The notes under the pieces are model-generated. The model saw only the letters and a program-made list of their open reading frames with translations. It was not told the origin of the DNA and ran no database searches. Both the position numbers and the translations under genes were made by a program. Below are positions 36,923 to 45,832 of a stretch of 64,000 nucleotides of DNA, one piece after another (the first letter of the stretch is position 1; the number at the start of each line of letters is the position of its first letter). Source of the DNA: Vicinamibacterales bacterium (GTDB lineage Bacteria > Acidobacteriota > Vicinamibacteria > Vicinamibacterales > UBA8438); assembly GCA_965208535.1 (NCBI GenBank), contig CBDBOU010000002.1, positions 131,701 through 195,700 of the forward strand. Reading direction: 5' to 3'.

Positions 36923-37495
36923 TTGATGATCGAGACGCGGGTGGTGGACGGCTTGCCGCCGGCCACCGAGACGGGGGCGGAAGAGACCGCCACCGACACG
37001 AACGCGGAAGAGCCGGCCTTCGAGGCGCTCTATCGCACCCATGCGAAGCGGATCTACTCGCTCGCCTACCGGTTCACGGGCAACGCGGCCGACGCGGAAG
37101 AGCTGCTGCAGGACATCTTCCTGCAGGCGTATCGGAAGCTCGACAGCTTCCGGCAGGAGGCGGCGTTGTCGACCTGGCTGCACCGGCTCGCGGTCAACCG
37201 CTGTCTGGATCACTTGCGGAGCCGCGCGGCCCGACAGGATGCGAGGACGGGATCGCTGGCTGACGAGGCGCGGCCGCAGCCGCGGGCCCGGGCCTCCAGC
37301 CCGATCACCCGTCTGGACCTCGAACGGGCGATTGCGCAGCTCCCGGACGGCTGCCGCGCTGCGTTCGTGCTGCATGACGTCGAAGGCTACGAGCACCAGG
37401 AGATCGCCGCGTTGCTCGGCATCGCGGCCGGCACGTCCAAGTCGCAGGTGCACAAGGCTCGCCTGCGGCTCCGCGCGCTTCTGAGGCGAAAATGA
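36923..37495 (+). CDS. ECF-family RNA polymerase sigma-70 factor
   Basis: Region 2 (LLQDIFLQAYRKLDSF..STWLHRLAVNRCLDHLR) and region 4 (AFVLHDVEGYEHQEIAALLGIAAGTSKSQVHKAR). Confidence 0.9.
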   Translation: MMIETRVVDGLPPATETGAEETATDTNAEEPAFEALYRTHAKRIYSLAYRFTGNAADAEELLQDIFLQAYRKLDSFRQEAALSTWLHRLAVNRCLDHLRSRAARQDARTGSLADEARPQPRARASSPITRLDLERAIAQLPDGCRAAFVLHDVEGYEHQEIAALLGIAAGTSKSQVHKARLRLRALLRRK

Positions 37496-38253
37496 CCACC
37501 AGCAACCGTGAGCCGACGTCCGGATCCGAGTGCGAACGGTTCGCCGACGCGCTCGCCGCGCTGGTCGACGAGGCTCTCGAGCCGCGCGACCGGCGCCGGG
37601 TCGACGCCCATCTGGCCGGCTGCGATGCCTGCCGGGAGCACCTGGCCGACCTGCGGGCGATCCGGTCGCTCGCCGCCACGCTGGAGCCCATCGAGCCGCC
37701 GGCGCAGGTCTGGCACGACGTCAGGCGGCGGGTCGCGGCGGAGGGACGGGCGGCGCGGGTGGCGGCCGGGTGGTGGTCGCGGTGGCCCTTCGGCGGCGCG
37801 GGGCCTATCCGGGCAGCGGGTCTGTGGCCGCGGTGGTCCGTCGGTGGGGCGTCCCTTGCCGCGGCGGCCGGCATCGTGCTGGCGATCGTCCTGGCCGGGA
37901 GCCCGGATCCAGGGCGGTCACCGACGTCGGATACGCCGGGCGGCACGGCGCGTCCGGCGCCGATCGGTGGCCTGGGGCCATTCGAACCCGCTTACGTTTC
38001 GGCGATCCGGGATCTGGAGCAGCTCGCCGGCGCGAGGGCACCGGTCCTTCCGGCGGTGCAGGCCGTTCTTGCCGGGAACCTGGCGGTGGTGGAGCGCGCG
38101 ATCGCCGAGAGTCGTTCCGCGGTCGAGTCCGCACCGGGAAGCGCAGTGGCTCGCGACCGGCTTCGGGCCGGGTTGGCGCGCAAGCTCGCGCTGCTGCGGA
38201 CGAGCGCGGCCCTGGGGCTCGAACCTCGCGGCCGTGGCGATCCTCGACCCTGA
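37492..38253 (+). CDS. anti-sigma factor (zf-HC2 type)
   Basis: HLAGCDACREHLADL zinc-finger motif. Its start overlaps the sigma-factor stop. Confidence 0.8.
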   Translation: MTTSNREPTSGSECERFADALAALVDEALEPRDRRRVDAHLAGCDACREHLADLRAIRSLAATLEPIEPPAQVWHDVRRRVAAEGRAARVAAGWWSRWPFGGAGPIRAAGLWPRWSVGGASLAAAAGIVLAIVLAGSPDPGRSPTSDTPGGTARPAPIGGLGPFEPAYVSAIRDLEQLAGARAPVLPAVQAVLAGNLAVVERAIAESRSAVESAPGSAVARDRLRAGLARKLALLRTSAALGLEPRGRGDPRP

Positions 38254-38275
38254 CAACCTCACGAATCCAACAGAA

Positions 38276-39301
38276 ATGAACAGGCGGAACTGGAGGCAAC
38301 ACACCATGACAAGGCAGGCAATACGGAGCACGCTCGTCGCTGTCGTCCTGATCGGCGCGGCCGGCGCGGCAGCGGGGCAGACGGAAGAACTGGTGCGGAC
38401 CATCCGGATGGAGCCCGGCGGCCTGCTCACGCTCAGCAACATCAGCGGTGAGACGACCGTGACGGGCGTGGACGGCGACGACCTGACGATTCGGGCGACG
38501 AAGCGGCTCGTCGGCCGCGGCAGCGCCGAGTCGTTGGATCGCGTCGACATCGAGGTCGAGGAGCGCGGCAACCGGGTTGAAGTCGAGCCCAGGTACCGGC
38601 GGCGGTCCCTCCTGCAGTCGTTGGGCAACCTGCTCGGCGGCGGCCCGGGATCCGTGGCCGTGGACTACGTGGTGACCGTGCCCCGCGGCACGGGCGTCAC
38701 CATCGAGTCAGTGTCCGGCAACGTCACCGTCGAAGACGTGGCGGGCGAGACGCGCATCGAGGTGGTGAGCGGCGACGTGCGGCTCGCTTCGCTGACGGCG
38801 CTGGTCGAGGTGGAGGCGGTGTCCGGCCGTGTGCGGATCGCCGACGTGAGCAGCGACGACGCCATGACGGCCGAGACGGTCAGTGGCCGCCTCGACATCG
38901 ACAGGGTCCGGGCGCCGCGGCTGGAGGCGTCTTCCGTGAGCGGCGAGGTGGTGCTGCGCGGGGTGGAGTCGCGGCGTGTCGAGGTGGAGACGGTGTCGGG
39001 ATCGGTGACCTTCTCCGGTGCGTTGGCGACGAACGGACGCTACGAGTTCGAATCGCACTCGGGCGGCATCCACCTGACGGTGCCGGAGGGCACGGGATTC
39101 GAGCTGGAGTCCGAGTCGTTCAGCGGCGGCCTGCGCTCGGCCATCCCCATCGTCGTCGGCCGGGGCGATCGGGCCGGCGAGGTGACCGTCTTCGAGTCGG
39201 GGAGCCGCTCGATAGAAGGAGTCGCCGGCGACGGCGGCGGCCGCCTGGAGCTGTCCACCTTCAGCGGGGACATGAGGATCGAAGTGGGGCCGGTCCCCTG
39301 A
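38276..39301 (+). CDS. DUF4097-family beta-repeat protein, secreted
   Basis: Signal peptide, then repeated ..SG.V.V..V....E..SVSG.V.. units (VSGNVTVEDV, VSGDVRLASL, VSGRVRIADV, VSGEVVLRGV, VSGSVTFSG). Confidence 0.7.
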   Translation: MNRRNWRQHTMTRQAIRSTLVAVVLIGAAGAAAGQTEELVRTIRMEPGGLLTLSNISGETTVTGVDGDDLTIRATKRLVGRGSAESLDRVDIEVEERGNRVEVEPRYRRRSLLQSLGNLLGGGPGSVAVDYVVTVPRGTGVTIESVSGNVTVEDVAGETRIEVVSGDVRLASLTALVEVEAVSGRVRIADVSSDDAMTAETVSGRLDIDRVRAPRLEASSVSGEVVLRGVESRRVEVETVSGSVTFSGALATNGRYEFESHSGGIHLTVPEGTGFELESESFSGGLRSAIPIVVGRGDRAGEVTVFESGSRSIEGVAGDGGGRLELSTFSGDMRIEVGPVP

Positions 39302-39397
39302 CGCTCTTGTCCCGCCCGGTCGTTGGCTTCGGCTCCGGTTGCCGCCCAACCATGCCTGTCCAGGAGTCTGCGCTGCCGCTTGTCGCGGCGCAGACTC

Positions 39398-40030
39398 TCA
39401 GGGGACCTGTTCGCCGGTGTAGAAGGCGGTTGTCCGAGTCGCCGCGGCGTGTGCGGCCTCCGGATCCGTTCCGGCCGCGATCGCCGCCTGCTCCCATCCC
39501 TCGCTGCTGCCGGTGATGAACGCCTTGCCGTCCGGCGAAGCGGCGAAGGCAGCTTCGTCGGGTTTCGGGGCGTCCGGTTGCGCGATGTGGAGCGCGAGTC
39601 CCAGCAGGCCCATCTCCCAGCCGACGCCGGCCGCGCCCGGTCCGTACTGGTCCCAGTGGTCGGACAGGTGCGCGATGTGCGAGAGCGTGAGCCGGGCGCT
39701 GCCGTCTCCACCGTCCGCGACGCGCACTTCCACCCAACTGACGCCGTAGAACTCCCACGTGAGCTCGAAGTGCGAGGGCGGTTCGCACCCGGTTATCACG
39801 CCGCCGGCGTTGCCCTCCAACTGATAGCGGCCGCCCAGCTCGAGGTCGCCGCTGATCGGCAGGAACCAGCGGGGAATGCGCTCGCCGTTCGTCACCGCGT
39901 CCCACAGATCGTCGACCGTCGTCGCGAAGCTGCGAGACAGCGTGACCGCGCGGGCGGGTTGTCCCTCGCGCTCGAGCGCCGAGACGGAGCGCTCTGCCGC
40001 ACCGAGGTGGGTTTCGACATCGAAGTTCAT
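39398..40030 (-). CDS. SRPBCC/AHSA1-like domain protein
   Basis: MNFDVETHLGAAERSVSALE..TVDDLWDAVTNGERIPRWF..LELGGRYQLEGNAGG... ATG 40030 overlaps the higA stop (ATGA). Confidence 0.65.
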   Translation of the reverse strand: MNFDVETHLGAAERSVSALEREGQPARAVTLSRSFATTVDDLWDAVTNGERIPRWFLPISGDLELGGRYQLEGNAGGVITGCEPPSHFELTWEFYGVSWVEVRVADGGDGSARLTLSHIAHLSDHWDQYGPGAAGVGWEMGLLGLALHIAQPDAPKPDEAAFAASPDGKAFITGSSEGWEQAAIAAGTDPEAAHAAATRTTAFYTGEQVP

Positions 40031-40344
40031 GGGTTTCTCCCTGCTTTCAACCTGCGGGCGGTCGCTGCACGAACTGGCTTCACACCGCACGCGGCTGCAA
40101 TCCGTGCAACCGTTCCCAACCGAGGATCCCGGTCTCCCGACAGGCCTCGAGAGAGGGCCTCGCGATTGATGTCCGCTCGCCTTGCGAGCGCGGAAACGCC
40201 GCCCTGCGACGCCGCGACATTCCGAAACGCCTTCATCAGGAGCCGTGGGTCGCCATCCGATTCTTCCATCGCGGCGTTCAGATACGCGGCCACGTCCGCT
40301 GGTGTCTGTAGGTATTCGCTGGCATCATGTGCTCTGACGGGCAT
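40027..40344 (-). CDS. higA: HigA-type addiction-module antidote protein (HTH)
   Basis: MPVRAHDASEYLQTPADVAAYLNAAMEESDGDPRLLMKAFRNVAASQGGVSALARRADINREALSRGLSG is the TIGR02684-like pattern. Confidence 0.8.
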   Translation of the reverse strand: MPVRAHDASEYLQTPADVAAYLNAAMEESDGDPRLLMKAFRNVAASQGGVSALARRADINREALSRGLSGDRDPRLGTVARIAAACGVKPVRAATARRLKAGRNP

Positions 40345-40671
40345 GCCGCTTCTCCTGCCTGTACGACTTCCAGTCGGCCCGAGCCCTGAGGACATCCCTG
40401 GACTGCCGTTTCTTCGTACCACCCGACAGCAAGACGATGTCCTTGCCGTCGCGGCCATAGTACAGCGGTAGCCGGCGCCAACGTCTATCCGTAGCTCTGA
40501 CACTCCCCTGCCGATTCTCCTGTGATCACCGAAGTTGCCCAGTTCGATGCGGTCGAGGCGGGTCTGGACGCGGGCGCGGACCTCGGGGTTCTGGGACCGG
40601 AACCATGCATCGAAGGCGTTGCTGCCGTCCGCGGCGACGTAGTGGACGATTCTGCAAGGCATACCCGGCAT
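40325..40671 (-). pseudogene. higB: HigB/RelE-type addiction-module killer gene with 1-nt frameshift
   Basis: CRIVHYVAADGSNAFDAWF..RIELGNFGDHRRIGRGVSELRIDVGAGYR, then the frame is lost near 40466-40470. The expected LYYGRDGKDIVLLSGGTKKRQSRDVLRARADWKSYRQ..* is in the adjacent frame. Confidence 0.8.
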
Positions 40672-40763
40672 ATGACGGGCTTCGAATGCAACATCGCGGC
40701 CAGGATCGAAATCCCGAGCCGCTGATGAATCGACTACGATCTCCCGGCGAAGGTCACGATCTC

Positions 40764-41354
40764 ATGACTCGACATCCGAATCCCCGCGTGGCTGCGGCCC
40801 GCGTCGACGCGCTGTTCATCGACCGCTGGTCGCCGCGATCGTTCTCGCCGGAGCCGCTGACCGAGGCCGACATCGCCTCGATGTTCGAGGCGGCGCGCTG
40901 GGCGCCTTCGTCGTCCAACGTCCAGCCGTGGCTCTTCCTGTACGAGACGGACGGCCCCGACCGGGAGGTCTTCGATTCCATCCTCAAGCCGCGCAACCGG
41001 GAGTGGGCGGCGAAGGCCCCGTTTCTGGGCTTCCTCTTCGCCAACACGCGCACGGCGGACGGCCGCGAGCCGCGCACGGCGCAGTTCGACGCCGGCGCGG
41101 CGTGGATGTCGCTGGCGCTGCAGGCCCTGGCGCTGGGCATCTACACGCACGGGATGGCCGGCATAGACGTCGACGCCGCGCACGAGAGGCTGGGCGTCGA
41201 CACCGAGCTCTGGACGGTGATGTGCGCGTTCGCGGCCGGACGGATCGGCCCGCCGGAGGCGCTGCCGCCGGCGTTGCGGGAACGCGAGCGGCCGAAGGAC
41301 GACCGCAAGCCGCTCGGCGAGATAGCGCACCGGGGCAAATGGAGATCGTCATGA
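40764..41354 (+). CDS. nitroreductase-family protein
   Basis: DRWSPRSF.., AARWAPSSSNVQPWLF, FDAGAAWMSLALQA. Confidence 0.85.
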   Translation: MTRHPNPRVAAARVDALFIDRWSPRSFSPEPLTEADIASMFEAARWAPSSSNVQPWLFLYETDGPDREVFDSILKPRNREWAAKAPFLGFLFANTRTADGREPRTAQFDAGAAWMSLALQALALGIYTHGMAGIDVDAAHERLGVDTELWTVMCAFAAGRIGPPEALPPALRERERPKDDRKPLGEIAHRGKWRSS

Positions 41355-42901
41355 GGCTGCTCAAGCTGCTTGCCGTTCCGATGTTCGTGGTGGGTGCGAC
41401 GTTCGTGGCTGGTGCGTTTCCGGGACCGTCGGGGGCGCAGACGGGCGGCGCTGCCACCCCCAACGTGGTGCTCATCCTCGCCGACGACCTGGGCTGGGGC
41501 GACGTCGGCGCGATGCATCCCGCGTCCGCAATCCGGACGCCGCACATCGACCGCCTCGCCGACGAGGGGATGCGCTTCGTGGATGCGCACTCGCCGTCGG
41601 GCGTCTGCACCCCGACGCGCTACGCGCTGCTCACCGGGCGCTACACCTGGCGGACGCGGCTGACCAGGGGCGTGCTCGGCGGCTACAGCCCGCCGCTGCT
41701 GGAGCCGGACCGCCCGACCCTGGGGACGCTGCTCAAGGCGCGGGGTTACCGGACCGCTGCCATCGGCAAGTGGCATCTCGGCATGGACATGCCGTACCTC
41801 GACCCGGCGGCGGAGCGGATCGAGCCGTGGGAGGGCGATCCCGGCATCGACTTCGGCGGCGTAATCGCCGACAGCCCGATTCATCACGGCTTCGACGAGT
41901 ACTTCGGGGTCAGCGCGTCGCTGGACATGGCGCCGTACGTGTACATCCGCAACGATCGCTTCACCGCGCTCCCGGCGCACGAGCAGCCGGCAGTACCGTT
42001 CCCGTACTTCATCCGCCACGGGCCGCGGGCCGACGACTTCATCATCGACGAGGTGCTCGACCGGTTGGTGGAGGAGGCGGTCGGCTTCATCGACCGGTCG
42101 GCGCGGACCGGCGATCCGTTCTTCCTCTACTTTCCGCTGACCGCGCCGCACAAGCCGACGCAACCCCACGAGCGGTTCCGGGGCCGCACGGGCCTGGGCG
42201 AGTACGGCGACTTCGTCGCGCAGGTGGACGATGCGGTCGGGCAGGTGCTCGCGGCCCTGGATCGGACCGGCGCCGGCGACGAGACGCTGGTGGTCTTCAC
42301 CTCCGACAACGGCTCGTACATGTATCGCCACGATGATGCGGCACCGGATCATGTCGACGACCCGTCGATTCAGGCCTATCGCGTGCGCCGCCACCGCTCG
42401 AATGCCGACTGGCGCGGCACCAAGGCCGACATCTGGGAGGGCGGCCACCGCGTGCCGTTCGTGGCGCGCTGGCCGGGGGTGGTCGAGCCGGGGACCGAGA
42501 CCGCCGCCACCATCGTCCATGCCGATCTCTACGCGACGCTGGCCGACATCGTCGGCGTAACGCCCGGCCCCGATGCCGCGGAGGACAGCGTGTCGCTGCT
42601 GCCGATGCTGCGCGGCGAGCCGGCGACGCGCGGCGTCCCCGTGGTCCACCACTCGTCCGGCGGGATGTTCGCGATTCGCGACGGCGCGTGGAAGCTGGTG
42701 CTGGGCAACGGGTCGGGCGGCCGCCAGGAGCCGCGGGGCGAGCCCTTCGGACGGCCCTATCAGCTATTCGATCTGTCGCAGGATCCCGCCGAGGCCCGCG
42801 ACGTAGCGGCGGAGCACCCGGAGGTCGTCGAGCGGCTCGAGGCGACGCTGGAGCGTTTCCGGCGCACCGGCCGGAGCGCGCCGCCGAAAACCAGCCCTTG
42901 A
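41351..42901 (+). CDS. arylsulfatase-family sulfatase, secreted
   Basis: Signal peptide. LADDLGWGD and the GVCTPTRYALLTGR formylglycine motif. ATGA overlap with the nitroreductase gene. Confidence 0.9.
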   Translation: MRLLKLLAVPMFVVGATFVAGAFPGPSGAQTGGAATPNVVLILADDLGWGDVGAMHPASAIRTPHIDRLADEGMRFVDAHSPSGVCTPTRYALLTGRYTWRTRLTRGVLGGYSPPLLEPDRPTLGTLLKARGYRTAAIGKWHLGMDMPYLDPAAERIEPWEGDPGIDFGGVIADSPIHHGFDEYFGVSASLDMAPYVYIRNDRFTALPAHEQPAVPFPYFIRHGPRADDFIIDEVLDRLVEEAVGFIDRSARTGDPFFLYFPLTAPHKPTQPHERFRGRTGLGEYGDFVAQVDDAVGQVLAALDRTGAGDETLVVFTSDNGSYMYRHDDAAPDHVDDPSIQAYRVRRHRSNADWRGTKADIWEGGHRVPFVARWPGVVEPGTETAATIVHADLYATLADIVGVTPGPDAAEDSVSLLPMLRGEPATRGVPVVHHSSGGMFAIRDGAWKLVLGNGSGGRQEPRGEPFGRPYQLFDLSQDPAEARDVAAEHPEVVERLEATLERFRRTGRSAPPKTSP

Positions 42902-42941
42902 GTTGCTGTATTTCATGTAAATCAGCGATAGTATTGCTGGA

Positions 42942-44105
42942 ATGTATGGCCGGGAGCTGGATCTCCGCGCCCTCGTCGAGCACCGCTCCGTCTTCCTGTT
43001 CGGCCCCCGCCAGACCGGCAAGAGCACCCTCGTCCGGCACACGTTCCCCGACGCGGCGGTCTACGACCTGCTCGAAGCGGACACGTTCCACCAGTTGAGC
43101 ACGCATCCCGAGCACCTGCGCCAGACCCTGGAGCCGGGACGGCGGATCGTGGTGATCGACGAGATCCAGAAGTGTCCCCCGTTGCTGGACGAGGTCCACC
43201 TGCTCATCGAAAGGAACCGCGAGTTGCGGTTCGTGCTGACCGGCAGCAGCGCGCGCAAGCTGAAGCGGGGCGGCGCCAACCTGCTGGCGGGTCGCGCGCG
43301 CGTGGCCCGGTTGCACCCGCTCGTATCGGTGGAGCTGGAAGGCGATCGCCTCCTGGATCGCATCAACCACGGGGGGCTGCCCGCTTTCCTCGATGGACCG
43401 GAGCCGCGGGAAGACCTGCGGGCCTATGTCGGCACGTACCTGCAGGAGGAGATTCAGGCGGAAGGGCTGACCCGCTCCATCGGCAACTTCGGCCGCTTTC
43501 TGGAGGTGGCCGGTCTGACCAACGGAGAGCCGATCAACTTCGCGGCCGTCGCCTCGGACGCGGGACTCGCGCCCAGCACCGTGCGCGAGCACTACCGGAT
43601 TCTCGAGGATACGCTGGTGGGCGAGCAGTTGCCGGCGTTCCGGAAGACCCGTACCCGAAAGCCGGTGGCGACCGCCAAGTTCTTCTTCTTCGACGTCGGC
43701 GTGGCGAACACACTGCGCCGTACCGGCGCCATCGAGCCCGGGTCCGACGCCTACGGGCGCGCCCTCGAGCACCTGGTATTCCTGGAGCTCAGGGCTTGGC
43801 TGGATTATCGCCGCCGGGACGATCCCCTTGCCTACTGGCGCAGCCGGTCGCAACTCGAGGTCGATTTTGTGGTCGGCGACGCGGTGGCAATCGAGGTCAA
43901 GGCCAAGCCCCGCTTATCGGCCCGCGACTACAAGGGCCTGCTCGCGCTGGGGGAGGAGATCCCGCTGCGGCGGAAGCTGGTGGTCTGCCACGAGCCGCGC
44001 CGGCGGCGCGAGGAAAACGGCGTCGAGATCATCCCGGTTCGGGAGTTCCTGAGCAAGCTGTGGGCGGACGTGATTATCGGTGACGGCGAGCCGGTCACTG
44101 GCTGA
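42942..44105 (+). CDS. COG1373-type AAA ATPase (AAA_14 + DUF4143 with PD-(D/E)xK-like EVDFV..EVK)
   Basis: GPRQTGKSTL, VVIDEIQK, and C-terminal LEHLVFLEL..SQLEVDFVVGDAVAIEVKA. Confidence 0.85.
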   Translation: MYGRELDLRALVEHRSVFLFGPRQTGKSTLVRHTFPDAAVYDLLEADTFHQLSTHPEHLRQTLEPGRRIVVIDEIQKCPPLLDEVHLLIERNRELRFVLTGSSARKLKRGGANLLAGRARVARLHPLVSVELEGDRLLDRINHGGLPAFLDGPEPREDLRAYVGTYLQEEIQAEGLTRSIGNFGRFLEVAGLTNGEPINFAAVASDAGLAPSTVREHYRILEDTLVGEQLPAFRKTRTRKPVATAKFFFFDVGVANTLRRTGAIEPGSDAYGRALEHLVFLELRAWLDYRRRDDPLAYWRSRSQLEVDFVVGDAVAIEVKAKPRLSARDYKGLLALGEEIPLRRKLVVCHEPRRRREENGVEIIPVREFLSKLWADVIIGDGEPVTG

Positions 44106-44143
44106 CTACAGCAAGTAACCTGCGCCAGCGGACAGGAGGACTC

Positions 44144-44432
44144 ATGGCAATCTCTGACCGGACGAAGCGCTTACTGTGGTCGCGTTCTGGCGGCTATTGC
44201 CAGAACCTCGCGTGCAACCGTGAAGTCTTCGCCTTCTTCGAGAGCGGCGATGTTTCGACCTTGGGGGAGTTGGCTCACTTATCATTAGCCAGAGTGAACA
44301 CGGACCTCGCGGAAAAAGATAGCGATGGGCGTCAATCCGTTCCGGATTCCAGGTCGTGGGTGCCGACCATGGTCGGTGCATGGTCACCGCGGACCCTGTT
44401 GGCATTGAAATATGTGCGTAACCTGCTCATAA
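44144..44432 (+). pseudogene. HNH-type endonuclease remnant (frameshift, stop, truncation)
   Basis: AGGAGG RBS. MAISDRTKRLLWSRSGGYCQNLACNREVF..GELAH, then the HNH continuation IISQSEHGPRGKR* is in the next frame (TAG 44330-44332). GC is visibly lower than in the neighbours. Confidence 0.6.
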
Positions 44433-44441
44433 TTCAATGCG

Positions 44442-45602
44442 ATGGAGGTTCGTCGGCAGCACCATCTGCGTCGGTTGGCGCTGCTCCTGAGGGAGTCTCC
44501 CGTCGTCGCGCTGCTCGGCGCTCGGCAGATCGGGAAGTCCACGCTCGCCCGTCAGCTTGTGGCCGCGCGCCGCGGGCCGACCACGTGGTTCGACCTCGAG
44601 AATCCGGAGGACCTCGGCCGGTTAGCGGATCCCGGTCTCGAGCTGCGGCCGCTTAGAGGCTTGGTCGTCCTCGACGAGATCCAGAGGCTGCCCAACGTCT
44701 TTCCGCTGCTGCGCGTGCTGGCCGACCGGCCGCGGACGCCGGCCCGATTTCTCGTTCTCGGCAGCGCGTCGCCCGAATTGCTCCGCCAGACTTCCGAGAC
44801 GCTCGCCGGGCGCGTGGCGTTCCACGAGCTCGACGGCTTCGACCTGCGCGAGGTCTCCGACGTCGATCGGCTCTGGCTGCGGGGCGCCTTCCCGCGCGCA
44901 TATCTCGCTCGTTCCGCGACCGCCAGCCGCCGCTGGCGCGACGACTTCATCCGCACCTTCCTCGAGCGCGATCTGCCGGGCCTCGGAAGCACCGTTCCTG
45001 CGACCACGTTGCGACGGTTCTGGACGATGCTGGCCCACTGGCACGGTCAGCTCTGGAACGGGGCCGAGTTCGGCCGCGCGTTCGGCGTCGCGCACACCAC
45101 GGTGCGGCGTTATCTCGATCTCCTGACCTCGGTGTTCGTGGTGCGGCAACTGCAGCCGTGGCACGAGAACCTCGCCAAGCGGCAGGTGCGCTCGCCGAAG
45201 GTCTACATCGGCGATTCCGGAATTCTCCACGCCCTGCTGGGACTGGGCACGCGCGAGGCGCTGGTTTCCCATCCCAAGGTGGGCGCGTCCTGGGAGGGGT
45301 TCGTCATCCGCCAGATCACGCATCTGCTCGATGCGCGTTCCGAGCAGTGCTTCCACTGGTCGACTTATTCCGGCGCCGAGCTCGACCTGCTGGTCGTGGC
45401 CGGGAACCGGCGCTACGGTTTCGAGGTGAAGCGGACCGAGGCTCCCCGGCTGACCGCGTCTATGCGTTCGGCCATGGAAACGCTCGACCTGCAGCGTCTC
45501 GACGTCGTGCATGCGGGGGAACGCCTGTACCGACTTGCGCCCCGTGTCAGGGCCCTGCCTGCCGGGCGGCTGGCGACCGAGCTGCGGTCGCAGCGCGTGT
45601 GA
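44442..45602 (+). CDS. COG1373-type AAA ATPase (AAA_14 + DUF4143)
   Basis: GARQIGKSTL, VVLDEIQR, and C-terminal WEGFVI..GAELDLLVVAGNRRYGFEVKR. Confidence 0.85.
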   Translation: MEVRRQHHLRRLALLLRESPVVALLGARQIGKSTLARQLVAARRGPTTWFDLENPEDLGRLADPGLELRPLRGLVVLDEIQRLPNVFPLLRVLADRPRTPARFLVLGSASPELLRQTSETLAGRVAFHELDGFDLREVSDVDRLWLRGAFPRAYLARSATASRRWRDDFIRTFLERDLPGLGSTVPATTLRRFWTMLAHWHGQLWNGAEFGRAFGVAHTTVRRYLDLLTSVFVVRQLQPWHENLAKRQVRSPKVYIGDSGILHALLGLGTREALVSHPKVGASWEGFVIRQITHLLDARSEQCFHWSTYSGAELDLLVVAGNRRYGFEVKRTEAPRLTASMRSAMETLDLQRLDVVHAGERLYRLAPRVRALPAGRLATELRSQRV

Positions 45603-45832
45603 AGGCGTTGAAGTTGACGGTGTCCACCACGCGGGTGTCGCCCTCCCGGCGCCCGCGGGAGTCGCCCGGCCACTGGCGGATGCGCGGCGACAGCCGGGGG
45701 CGGCCGTCGAGGGGGCAGTCGGTCGGATACGATAGCGGAGCGCATGGAGACGTCAGCCGGAGGCCTGGAGGCGCGGATCTGCGCCCGTTCGCGAAGCGTT
45801 CACGCGAGTGCGAATTGCATTAGAGGTGTGAC

